The translations under genes were made by a program, and so were the position numbers. Under the pieces are notes generated by a model that searched no databases, was not told the origin of the DNA, and saw nothing but the letters and a program-made list of their open reading frames with translations. Shown here piece after piece: positions 1-8,502 of a stretch of DNA of 64,000 bases (positions are counted from its first letter, which is position 1; the number at the start of each line of letters is the position of its first letter). The stretch covers positions 1,890 through 65,889 of the forward strand of contig JAPLFO010000143.1 in the NCBI GenBank assembly GCA_026390635.1, written 5' to 3'. Source of the DNA: Ignavibacteriales bacterium. GTDB taxonomy: Bacteria > Bacteroidota > Ignavibacteria > UBA10030 > UBA8401.

Positions 1-287
1 GCAAGTGCCCCGTCAATGGGCATGGTGTATTCCTTCGACACAGCCCATACATCCTGGTCATATGTTTTTAGTAGGGGCTTATCTTCGTTTAGTATCCATT
101 TGAATCGAAGAAATGCATTCATGTGCGAATCGCACAAGTGGTGCACAACTTGCCGAACAGTCCATCCGCCATCGCGATAAGGAGCGTCCAGTTGTTTGTC
201 TGATAATCCTTTGACGGTGACTTCAATTGATTCAGGGAGTGTTTTGATTTTTGTTATGAGTATTCGTCGTTCATCTGGTGTGGACAT
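1..287 (-). CDS. DinB/YfiT-like metal-dependent hydrolase (partial, C-terminus off window)
   Basis: Not in ORF track because it runs off the left edge. Reverse translation from the ATG at 285-287 gives MSTPDERRILITKIKTLPESIEVTVKGLSDKQLDAPYRDGGWTVRQVVHHLCDSHMNAFLRFKWIL... The GGWTVRQVVHHxxDSHMNA block is typical of the DinB_2/YfiT family. Confidence 0.7.
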   Translation of the reverse strand, partial: MSTPDERRILITKIKTLPESIEVTVKGLSDKQLDAPYRDGGWTVRQVVHHLCDSHMNAFLRFKWILNEDKPLLKTYDQDVWAVSKEYTMPIDGAL

Positions 288-388
288 AGACCAATCCCTT
301 CATGTTTAATGAAGAATAGATATTCGGACAATCACTCTCGTTCAATTGACCGCATTTATGCTACGGAATAAACAATACATATTCCGAA

Positions 389-446
389 GTGTAACTGTAA
401 CAGGCGAAAACAGCAGCATCCGACACGTTTGTTACACTTTCAATTC
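389..446. repeat. Direct repeat copy A (GTGTAACTGTAACAGGCGAAAA - 20 nt - GTTACACTTTCAATTC), ends form a 7-bp inverted repeat
   Basis: A 22-nt block and a 16-nt block are identical to the copy at 1507-1565. GTGTAAC and GTTACAC are reverse complements. Confidence 0.8.
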
Positions 447-519
447 CGACGGATGGCTCGAACAAAAAAAGTGACCGAATGGCCACCCTGGTTACTGCGT
501 ATTGGTCGTAAAGATAGCT

Positions 520-690
520 CTATTTCGCTTTTGCTGTTCGGCGAGTCGGATGATGGGATTTTCTCTTTGATATCATTTCGTTTTCCTGCCGACGAAGATC
601 GGCAACAATTGCCTCTAGGTTATAGTTGAACTTCTTCGCATGGGTTTGACGATGTTTTCGTATTTCCTCTACAATCGGGTCTGAACGCAC
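520..690 (-). CDS. Small hypothetical protein (56 aa), GTG start
   Basis: Below the ORF-track size cut-off. AGGAGG lies 5 nt upstream of the GTG at 688-690. Translation: VRSDPIVEEIRKHRQTHAKKFNYNLEAIVADLRRQENEMISKRKSHHPTRRTAKAK. Sits directly downstream of vapC on the same strand. Confidence 0.4.
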   Translation of the reverse strand: MRSDPIVEEIRKHRQTHAKKFNYNLEAIVADLRRQENEMISKRKSHHPTRRTAKAK

Positions 691-734
691 TTTAGCCTCC
701 TGTAAGTTCTTGCGATATGCACATTACCGGCAGC

Positions 735-1133
735 CTATTTCCACGATTCGTAGGTTAGGGTTGGTACTCGCGAATAGTGTTTGACATTATTGGTCACCAA
801 AATTAATCCGCGAGCTACAGCTTGTGATGCAATCATTGTATCCATATCTCCAATCGGAATTCCCTTAGACCGCAAATAGGAATCTATGACACCGAAGGAA
901 ATGGCATCTGCTTGTTCGAAATCAATAATGCTGAATGGCGCAAGAAATGCATCTATGGCTGAGCGTATCTTCTCCGGACGTGAACTGCCGGGAATTCCCG
1001 ACTCAAATTCACATATGCTGATCACTGAGATCCCAATTTCCCCAAGAGGAATACTTTTGAACTTATTAATGAGGTTCTGAGGTCGTTTGCGGATGATGTA
1101 TGAACAAATATCGGTATCGAGCAAATATTTCAT
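735..1133 (-). CDS. vapC: PIN-domain toxin VapC
   Basis: MKYLLDTDICSYIIR... with the acidic PIN residues (DTD, E in CEFESG, GDMDTMIA, TNN). Its ATG overlaps the upstream antitoxin stop (ATGA). Confidence 0.85.
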   Translation of the reverse strand: MKYLLDTDICSYIIRKRPQNLINKFKSIPLGEIGISVISICEFESGIPGSSRPEKIRSAIDAFLAPFSIIDFEQADAISFGVIDSYLRSKGIPIGDMDTMIASQAVARGLILVTNNVKHYSRVPTLTYESWK

Positions 1134-1360
1134 TCAAAGACCCGCCTTTTGCTATTTTTTTGTTTTCTTCTTGAAGTCAGATAATCTGATGGAAAATCTT
1201 CCAGACATTTTTCAAACGCGGCCCAGACATCTTTTTTTTCAATTAAGAGGATGCCTTCCGGCACTCTCTTTACATACGCATCCTTTCCTTTGATGCGGAA
1301 CATCCGGGGCAATCTGACTGCCTGACTGCCGCCATTCTTGATAATTTTCACCGTTTGCAT
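1130..1360 (-). CDS. vapB: AbrB/SpoVT-type antitoxin VapB
   Basis: MQTVKIIKNGGSQAVRLPRMFRIKGKDAYVKRVPEGILLIEKK is a swapped-hairpin AbrB/MazE-type motif. I chose the internal ATG at 1358-1360 (AAGGGA upstream) over the longer ORF-track start at 1417. Confidence 0.75.
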   Translation of the reverse strand: MQTVKIIKNGGSQAVRLPRMFRIKGKDAYVKRVPEGILLIEKKDVWAAFEKCLEDFPSDYLTSRRKQKNSKRRVFE

Positions 1361-1506
1361 ATTGTCCCTTTTCATATATACTATTGTGTATATACAAAGA
1401 ACGTGGCACATAGTCAAGGGGAATATTCCACAATGAATGCGTTTGCTCTTTGGCGGACGACGGGAGATATGTCTGTCGTGACATGCGAAAAAAGCAATGC
1501 TCCAAG

Positions 1507-1565
1507 GTGTAACTGTAACAGGCGAAAATACTCCTCATTCGGCACTTCGGTTACACTTTCAATTC
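1507..1565. repeat. Direct repeat copy B, overlapping the integrase stop codon
   Basis: Same 22-nt and 16-nt blocks as 389-446, with a 21-nt non-identical spacer. The last 7 nt lie inside the 3' end of the integrase CDS. Confidence 0.8.
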
Positions 1566-2593
1566 AACTGGATGTGGATCCTGTTTACGGTATCGTGCAG
1601 CTGCTCGGGCTGCAGATGGGAATAGATCTGTGTCACCTTCATATCGGTGTGACCAAGGAGCTTCTGCACCTCATATAGTGACACACCGTCCTGGACAAGC
1701 CAGCTGGCAAATGTGTGCCGCAGAGAATGAAAGTGCAGGCGATCGTCTTGAAAGCGGCACTCATATACATAGAATTTGAACTTATGGGTGACCCATCCAT
1801 CTCTGATTTGTTTTCCGTTCAGCGTGAACACATACTCTGATTGAGGCAATACAGACTTCTGCCGCAACACATAGGAGGCGGTTTCATTGAGCGGAATGCA
1901 GCGCCTTTTGCCTGTTTTTGTTTTGAACGTGGGACTACTTTGAATCATGATTACGTTCCGTTTCAGATCAACGTTTGACCATTTTAGATTCAATATCTCT
2001 CCTCTTCTCATCCCCGTCAGAACCGCTATGATGACGATTTCCCTCAACCACGATTCTTTGATCATGCTGATGAGTTTCTGAAAATCTTCTTTTGTGAAGA
2101 ATATCGGAACCTGTTCCTCAACCGTGCACTGTTTCTGGCAGGAAAACGGATTACGCTCCAGATATTGCCATCGAACAGCTGTTGATAAAGCGGCCTTCAA
2201 TGTTCGCAATTCTATATTGACGGTCACAGGTTTGCATTGTCCGCTGGCTAATCGCTTGCTCTTATATTCATCCCAATGCCGAGGAGTAATCTCCGTTAGC
2301 AGACAATCTCCGACAAGGCGAAAATATTTTTTGAACGCAGATTGATAGCCCACGAGCGTGCCTTTTGACATCATGGCTTTGGAATTTGTTGCAAACTCGG
2401 CGAAGAATACAGATAGTAATCGTGTTTTTTGTTTTTCTCGTATGACATTCTGCATATCCGTTAGAGCACGGATAGCCTCAGTTTTGTTCTTGGTGCCGAG
2501 GGATTTTTGTCGTCGTCGGCCCGTTGGGTCGACAAATTGGAGACAGTAGTATCCGCGTTTAATAAAGAGAGAAAGAGGTGTTTGGGGATTCAT
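1559..2593 (-). CDS. Tyrosine site-specific recombinase / integrase
   Basis: The C-terminal catalytic region has GMRRGEILNLKW (Arg box) and HSLRHTFASWLVQDGVSLYEVQKLLGHTDMKVTQIYSHL (H-x-x-R ... H ... Y). Confidence 0.9.
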   Translation of the reverse strand: MNPQTPLSLFIKRGYYCLQFVDPTGRRRQKSLGTKNKTEAIRALTDMQNVIREKQKTRLLSVFFAEFATNSKAMMSKGTLVGYQSAFKKYFRLVGDCLLTEITPRHWDEYKSKRLASGQCKPVTVNIELRTLKAALSTAVRWQYLERNPFSCQKQCTVEEQVPIFFTKEDFQKLISMIKESWLREIVIIAVLTGMRRGEILNLKWSNVDLKRNVIMIQSSPTFKTKTGKRRCIPLNETASYVLRQKSVLPQSEYVFTLNGKQIRDGWVTHKFKFYVYECRFQDDRLHFHSLRHTFASWLVQDGVSLYEVQKLLGHTDMKVTQIYSHLQPEQLHDTVNRIHIQLN

Positions 2594-2678
2594 AGCTTAC
2601 ACTCCTGCTTACTTGGATTGTAAAGAAGTGTTAAAGCTATTGTATTTACTGGGGAGAAGTGATCTTGCGAAACTGGGG

Positions 2679-2715
2679 CGTAGGCTGATGCTCTATCCAG
2701 TTGAGCTACGGGTGC
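2679..2715 (-). pseudogene. tRNA-Arg(ACG)-like 5' half, truncated after the anticodon
   Basis: Minus strand reads GCACCCG-TA-GCTCAACTGGATAGAGC-A-TCAGC-CTACG, i.e. acceptor 5' arm, D arm and anticodon 5' stem. No complementary GCTGA, T arm (GGTTCGA) or acceptor 3' arm follows. Confidence 0.45.
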
Positions 2716-2894
2716 ATATCTATACTTGCTGAATCGTAGCGGATGTAAATATAGTCAAGAATTGAACTCAAAGCAAGCCGATTTTGCCGACCCAAAACTG
2801 GCGGAACGCTATCTTCACTCTCGTTCCCGGACTGTGCCTTGCCTGAGTCTTTCCGGGAGGAGATATCTTGCTCTGCGAAAAGCTACATAGCTGC

Positions 2895-4052
2895 TCACCC
2901 CTTCCATTCTCCGGGTATTTTTGCCTTGCAATATTTGCACGTTCCTTCAACAAGGTCATTCTGAACGATTGTAAATCCCTTTCTCTCAATGACTATCCTG
3001 CCGCACGCGTGACAATAGGTGTTTTCCGCTTGATGGCCCGGCACGTTCCCGATATACACGTACTTGATTCCTGACTTCAACGCGATGTCTCTGGCTTTTT
3101 CGAGCACGGCAACGGGAGTTGACGGAAGCTGATTGAGTTTGTAGAGCGGAGTGAATCGGCTGAAATGCAGCGGACATTCGGATAATCCGTTGTTGTGCAG
3201 CCAGGCGTACATTTTTTGCATCATGTCGGGATTATCGGTCCACGTGGGAACCACAAGATTGGTGACCTCGAGCCACACGCCTTCCTCTTTCAAGACGCTC
3301 AGTGTTCGCAATACCGGCGCCAGTGACGCACCGTTGAGTTTTCTGTAAATTCTTTCGTCGAATCCCTTCAGATCGATGTTTGCGGCATCAATCACTTTGC
3401 ACAGTCTTCGCAATGGCTCTTCGTTTATGTATCCGGAAGACTTCCACACATTTTTAATTCCATTCCGCCGCGCGATTGCCGCTGTATCATAGCCGTACTC
3501 GTAGAATGTGTTCGGTTCGGAGTAGGTATAGGCAATCGATTTGCAATGGTTTTCCTTACACTGCGCGACAGCCTGATCGGGCATGAGTTCAATATTTTCC
3601 GTTTCCGTCGGACTGAATTGCGAGATTTGCCAGTTCTGGCAATTCAGGCACCGAAGATTGCATCCGGCGACCGCGATGGAAAACGCTTTTGTCGAAGGAA
3701 GAAAATGAAAGAGCGGCTTCTTTTCTATCGGGTCGACATGCACGGCACACGGATTTCCGTACGCAATGGAATACAATCGGTTGTCGTAATTAACTCTGTT
3801 GCGGCAAATCCCCGCTTCGCCTTTGTTCAACAAACATCCATGCGGACATTTCGTGCACTGCAGCCCGTTGGCTGTCTTCCGATAAAACAAGGCTTCTTTG
3901 CTGTACCGACCCGGTTCGCCGGCTGGAATTGATAACAACGCATTGATCGTTGGGTTTGCAAAAACTTTATCGCAGCACGAACCGAGGGCAAATCCTGCGG
4001 CAGCTGCGCTGCAGTACTTCAGGAATTCTCTTTTTGAGATACTATTCTTCAT
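2895..4052 (-). CDS. amrS: AmmeMemoRadiSam system radical SAM enzyme with Tat-like/lipobox leader
   Basis: CTKCPHGC...GICRNR, then AVAGCNLRCLNCQNWQISQ (CxxxCxxC), and a C-terminal CHACG...CKYC. The N-terminus SKREFLKYCSAAAAGFALGSC resembles a KR-variant twin-arginine leader with a lipobox. Confidence 0.8.
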   Translation of the reverse strand: MKNSISKREFLKYCSAAAAGFALGSCCDKVFANPTINALLSIPAGEPGRYSKEALFYRKTANGLQCTKCPHGCLLNKGEAGICRNRVNYDNRLYSIAYGNPCAVHVDPIEKKPLFHFLPSTKAFSIAVAGCNLRCLNCQNWQISQFSPTETENIELMPDQAVAQCKENHCKSIAYTYSEPNTFYEYGYDTAAIARRNGIKNVWKSSGYINEEPLRRLCKVIDAANIDLKGFDERIYRKLNGASLAPVLRTLSVLKEEGVWLEVTNLVVPTWTDNPDMMQKMYAWLHNNGLSECPLHFSRFTPLYKLNQLPSTPVAVLEKARDIALKSGIKYVYIGNVPGHQAENTYCHACGRIVIERKGFTIVQNDLVEGTCKYCKAKIPGEWKG

Positions 4053-4085
4053 ATCTCCTGCCGTTTCAAATAGGTGAATTTGAAT

Positions 4086-4150
4086 TCGTTTCGCTCACGC
4101 GTCACCCCGAGCGAGTCCCGCAGGGACGAGTCTCCCGAAGGGATGCCTTT
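4086..4150. repeat. Short palindromic repeat of the GTCAxCC(C/T)GAGCG family
   Basis: gtcaccccgagcgagtcccgcagggacgagtctcccgaaggg. Related arms occur at 44998, 45750 and 45832. Confidence 0.5.
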
Positions 4151-4202
4151 GGCAGAGGGGCGTTACACTGGCACCATAACACAAGATTGATTTTTAAATA
4201 GC

Positions 4203-6395
4203 CTATCTCTCTTGCCACGAAACTCGATATTCTTTCTTCTTCCAGAAAGATACAAGACAACCCATGAAGCAAACCCCGGCCGTTATTATGCAGGCATTCG
4301 CTATTCCAACTAAGGGCACTAGTACTACGCTTGTCGCGAAAGCCCCGAGCGCAGATCCAACTAAATCATAACTGTAAATTGAGGATGTTGTTGATAAAAC
4401 ACTTGATTTGCGAATTGATGAGGCGATCGAAAACTGGAGGCCTATCAAAACCGAAATCGCGAGTATGAAGAAAACAAAAATAGCCTGCACAACGACCTCT
4501 GCTGCATCCCTATCTCTCAATATCGTCAAGAGGAATGGCAACACCGCGACAAAGATTCCGGCGATGAATTGAACCGCCGTGTAAGCGGTCATTGAATTAT
4601 CCCGAAATATTTTTCTTCGTTGGAGTGACCCCGCCGCAAGTCCCGCCATAAACATTGTCATGATGAGCGCGCTTGCCTGGTAGGCATACCCGCAGATGGC
4701 CTGAAATGCGAGCAGTACTATCACTTCTGCCGACGATGCTGTAAATCCCCCGGTGAGCATCCCGAAATTGATTGCGCTCATTTCCCTCATCATGGGCAGC
4801 AGAATGATGACGAACAGAGCCGGAATAATCCAATAATTCACCTTGAAATAGCTCAGCCAATACGCAACGTGTCGGTAATAAGCAACCGGCCGGAAATCCT
4901 CATTGAGTGCGGCTTCCTGCACCAACCCTTTGTTCATTGATTGACTGTGCTCCATCAAAAGGGCGTCATCAATATAATATTGGTTGACGAAATCGGCGGC
5001 AATCTTTCTCTGCTGCATTTTGCCAGCGATGCGAATGTCCAGAACGCTGTCGGAGGCAAGGAAATAATTTTTTGTCGTGCCGGGAATAATAAGGACGTTG
5101 GCAAAACAATGTGCAAGCGTATTCCGCAATATAGAATTAAGCATGCGCGCTTTTTCACCGTAGTAATCGACATTTTCCAAAAAACCAATCGAGACAACCG
5201 CTCCGGTGTTGAGCCTCGATTTGAGTTCACGGAAAAACTCTATTGTATAGTATCGATTTAATGCAATGTTCACGGGATCTGCAACGTTGAGGAGCGCGGC
5301 ATCGTACCGTTCGGCCGTTCTTTTGATATACCGGCGCGGATCTTCGCTCACAACACGAATTCGTGCATCCTGAGGTACTGATGTCAATTTCTTTTCCGCC
5401 TCAATCAGCCATGGGTTAATGTCGACATAATCAACGCGCGCCGGATCATACTTCAGCACTTCCTGCGTAATTCCGGCCAGAGCACCGGATATGAGCAGAA
5501 CATTTTTAGGCCGGGAATGCTGAATCATTGCATAATGAACGGCTTCTTCATTGGAGACGACATCGTCCGTTGAAAACAACAGTACATTATTTTCAAAGAA
5601 ATTCTTCTGTCCTTCCTGCCCGGTGACGGTGATTTGTCCGTAGGGCGTATCTCTGTACGAGAGAATTGTTTGCCCGCTAAACAGCATTTTTCTAGTCACT
5701 GTGTCGAGATCGATGAGCGAAAAGAAGAACAATATGAGAAAGAAGAATACTATGATAGAGTACTTCAATACTGCATACCGGTATCTCATGGAGACAAAGA
5801 AAGCAACGGCCAGATTGAAAAGAAGGAGATACTTCAGGCATTGAAAAGTCGAAAAGAAATACGTCATGGTGAATGTGAACACCAATCCACCGATGACACT
5901 CCCAATTGCTTCGAGGGAGTATATCCTGGAAATTGTGTTCGATTCGTGCCGCAGTGAACTTGTGCGGACCAATAGGGTAAACATTGCACCGCCAAGAATG
6001 CAGTAGGGCAGCAAAAGCGCAAAGGACGCATATGCAATCCGGCTGATATCTATCATCTCACCGGGAATGAAAACGATATTCCTTAACCAGCGCAAACAAA
6101 AGACGGTCAGAAGAGGGAGGATTCCCAGGGAAATGGCGGAGAGAATGATCGCTGCCTTGTTTCCTTCCAGCCGTTCAAACAATCTTCCGGCAAATGCACC
6201 GATGCCCGTAAGGATCATCCACTGCGTCAGGATGATTCCTATAACGAGTTCATTGCCGTAAAATATTGACAGAAATTCCCGCAGGAAAATAATTTGAGCG
6301 ATCAGCGAGGTGATCCCGAGGCTGATCGCTGAAAGTTGAATTTCCCGGCTCACCGGAATTGGTCCGGTGAGCGGTCTTTGCGCAGCGTCTTCCAT
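4203..6395 (-). CDS. Polytopic membrane protein with central spermidine-synthase-like (aminopropyltransferase fold) domain
   Basis: Multiple hydrophobic helices at both ends. Central block: NVLLISGALAGITQEVLKYDPARVDYVDINPWLIEAEKK...RYDAALLNVADPVNIALNRYYTIEFF (SpeE-like). Its start overlaps the upstream stop by 1 nt (TGATG). Confidence 0.75.
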   Translation of the reverse strand: MEDAAQRPLTGPIPVSREIQLSAISLGITSLIAQIIFLREFLSIFYGNELVIGIILTQWMILTGIGAFAGRLFERLEGNKAAIILSAISLGILPLLTVFCLRWLRNIVFIPGEMIDISRIAYASFALLLPYCILGGAMFTLLVRTSSLRHESNTISRIYSLEAIGSVIGGLVFTFTMTYFFSTFQCLKYLLLFNLAVAFFVSMRYRYAVLKYSIIVFFFLILFFFSLIDLDTVTRKMLFSGQTILSYRDTPYGQITVTGQEGQKNFFENNVLLFSTDDVVSNEEAVHYAMIQHSRPKNVLLISGALAGITQEVLKYDPARVDYVDINPWLIEAEKKLTSVPQDARIRVVSEDPRRYIKRTAERYDAALLNVADPVNIALNRYYTIEFFRELKSRLNTGAVVSIGFLENVDYYGEKARMLNSILRNTLAHCFANVLIIPGTTKNYFLASDSVLDIRIAGKMQQRKIAADFVNQYYIDDALLMEHSQSMNKGLVQEAALNEDFRPVAYYRHVAYWLSYFKVNYWIIPALFVIILLPMMREMSAINFGMLTGGFTASSAEVIVLLAFQAICGYAYQASALIMTMFMAGLAAGSLQRRKIFRDNSMTAYTAVQFIAGIFVAVLPFLLTILRDRDAAEVVVQAIFVFFILAISVLIGLQFSIASSIRKSSVLSTTSSIYSYDLVGSALGAFATSVVLVPLVGIANACIITAGVCFMGCLVSFWKKKEYRVSWQER

Positions 6396-7912
6396 CAGTG
6401 TTTACTGTTCTTGAACTCGTTTTCATCGAAGATCAGGGATTCATAGACAAAAAGATCTGCATTGCGCCAGCCGTCCCACCCGATGCCCGCTTTGTCCTGA
6501 GCACAATGTCCCAGAAATTCCTCCTTCGACCATCCCGTCTCAGTCGCTACCTGGGGGAGAAACGTGCCCGAGCTCGAGCCTTTGCGGACATAGATTCCAT
6601 GCCTGCCCATCACGATTTCATCGATGGATTTAATTTTTCGCAATGGAGTCAACACGGAAATTTCTATGTCTATTGTACTGAGTTCCTCCGGTGCAACGGG
6701 ATGGAAACGGTAGTCCTGCGTTGATGCGGCAATTGCCATTTCCTGCACGACTTTCCACAGCGGCTCCGAGGCATCGAACCTGCCGATGCACCCTCTCAAT
6801 TGTCCCTCTTTTTTCAGCGTGACAAATGCACCGCAGTCTGTCTTTGCGGCGGCGGAAAGTTTACCGTCATCAATCAGGGGGATTTTATGGTGCCGGACAT
6901 ATTCCTCGATTGTCGTCCGGGCAATATCAATCAGATTGTGTTTGTCCTGTTTGTCGAGTTCAAAGGTCATTGCGCGGCCTTTCTCTTTTACGGTGACAGC
7001 GACGGCATGATAGCCGACCACCCTGTCTTTTGTTCCAATACTGACGTCGCCTGAATTCATGTATTGAATATGTGTGAATTGAACATCCGGATTATCTTCC
7101 GTCATGCACAAGAGTGTCAAAACGCAAGATTCCCCGCACATACTGGTGACGAGATCCGGTATTCCTTTTGCCGCATTTTTGTCTTTTGTCTCTGTCAAGT
7201 GTTTCGATGAGTTTGAAAGAATCGCATCGACGGAGGCTTTGTCGACGCCGCGCGCATCGGCTGCGGAAGGATAATGAGAAAAATCTGTGCTGATAATGAA
7301 GAGATTTTTTGTGTTGAAGAACGGGCGCAGCGCCTCTGCAATTCTTTTACAGACAGCCGGCGGGTTCGATCCCAGAACAATCGGAACTATATTAGCAATC
7401 TTCTTGAGTTTGTATTGCAGGAAAGGAATTTGCACTTCGATACTATGTTCAAGCTGGTGCGCATCGGTTCTGCCGGAAAAGAAATCGTGCTTCTTGATCA
7501 GACTATTAGCAAGCGTTGTGTTGACGTGCACAGTTCCAAACGGCGTGATGAAATTGCCGCGATTGTACACCGCTGCACCTTCAAATCCAACATGATGACT
7601 TGGGCCGAGTATGAAAATATTCTCGTACTCCTTCGAACAATCGATCTGGTTATACGCTGAAGCAGCAACCACTCCCGAGTACACATAGCCCGCATGAGGA
7701 GCGATGATCGCCGCGACATTTGTTAATTCCTTGCTTTGCACCGCCTTTGAGAACATAACCCTCAACATTTCACGCAACTCACTTGAATTGTCCGGATAGA
7801 ATTGTCCTGCAACGGCTGGATTTCTGTCGGTTTGAATATTCTGCGATACGAGGAGAGCGGGTGTAAGAAGTATGACGATAGAAAGCGATGACACTGCGAG
7901 CCTGCGTTTCAT
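6395..7912 (-). CDS. Fused AmmeMemoRadiSam protein B (Memo-like) + protein A (AMMECR1-like) with Sec signal peptide
   Basis: Signal peptide MKRRLAVSSLSIVILLTPALLVSQ. Memo half: AGQFYP...IIAPHAGYVYSG...STDFSHY. AMMECR1 half: GAFVTLKKEGQLRGCIGRF...GTFLPQV. Confidence 0.8.
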   Translation of the reverse strand: MKRRLAVSSLSIVILLTPALLVSQNIQTDRNPAVAGQFYPDNSSELREMLRVMFSKAVQSKELTNVAAIIAPHAGYVYSGVVAASAYNQIDCSKEYENIFILGPSHHVGFEGAAVYNRGNFITPFGTVHVNTTLANSLIKKHDFFSGRTDAHQLEHSIEVQIPFLQYKLKKIANIVPIVLGSNPPAVCKRIAEALRPFFNTKNLFIISTDFSHYPSAADARGVDKASVDAILSNSSKHLTETKDKNAAKGIPDLVTSMCGESCVLTLLCMTEDNPDVQFTHIQYMNSGDVSIGTKDRVVGYHAVAVTVKEKGRAMTFELDKQDKHNLIDIARTTIEEYVRHHKIPLIDDGKLSAAAKTDCGAFVTLKKEGQLRGCIGRFDASEPLWKVVQEMAIAASTQDYRFHPVAPEELSTIDIEISVLTPLRKIKSIDEIVMGRHGIYVRKGSSSGTFLPQVATETGWSKEEFLGHCAQDKAGIGWDGWRNADLFVYESLIFDENEFKNSKH

Positions 7913-8030
7913 AGCTTTTCCCTTTCAGAGAGAAAGTCGATAGTAATCTAACAGAAAGGAAAGAATAGGTCAAATGCAGACAGATCCTGCATGACTTCTC
8001 ATACATAGGGAAAATGTCTGAAATTATCGA

Positions 8031-8430
8031 CTATTTTTGACCTAATGGTGCAATCGTTCTGCCAAAGACGACACCCTTTTTGTTCCAGCAAGGATAAGCG
8101 TCAACGCGCTGAGGGAGAACCAATGATATTCTTCCAGACCTGCCCCGCCTGCGTGTCTGCACCGAATGTCTCCCGGCTTCCTTCTTCTCATTCACCAGCG
8201 TTGCTACCTCGCGGCCAAGCAGATCGAAAACTTTCAACGCGACCAATGATTGATATGGAATTTGTTCGTCTAGAACTCCGGTCAAAACGAGATTGCGTCC
8301 CGCCGATGGCGGGATGGAATATTCGACAATTATTGCCGGATTGATGGGGTTGGGATAATTCTGATGAAGCAAATGTGCAGAGGGATAAAACCCGTGCCCG
8401 GACGTTGCTGTGCCTGTTGCAGACAATGAG
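8031..8430 (-). pseudogene. Orphan T9SS-type C-terminal sorting domain remnant
   Basis: LHQNYPNPINPAIIVEYSIP...LKVFDLLGREVATLVNEKKEAGRHSVQ matches the Por/T9SS CTD pattern. There is no cargo domain and no credible start, and the upstream part of the ORF overlaps the cyclase gene end. Confidence 0.35.
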
Positions 8431-8502
8431 CCGAGATGGATATGCTGTTCAGGAATTTGTTTTCGAGAGAGCTTCTGCTGATATTGCTTTCTCCGCGGAC
8501 AT

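Noticed and set aside
389-2593. Calling the integrase + hairpin repeats + vapBC a true integron
   Set aside because: The integrase N-terminus and overall sequence do not resemble IntI. The repeat ends only loosely fit RYYYAAC/GTTRRRY. Only one cassette-like unit is visible. It is reported as an observation only.
1-2715. Prophage
   Set aside because: Only an integrase and a TA pair are present. There is no terminase, capsid, tail, repressor or lysis gene.
2640-2760. Intact tRNA (or intron-containing tRNA) next to the integrase
   Set aside because: I could not find an anticodon 3' stem, T arm or acceptor 3' strand within ~150 nt. Only the 5' 37 nt are tRNA-like. Called a fragment, pending a tRNA predictor.
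8045-8344. 99-aa plus-strand ORF in the 7.9-8.5 kb gap
   Set aside because: It is antisense to the T9SS-tail remnant. The translation is Pro/Ser/Arg-rich with no start-site support.
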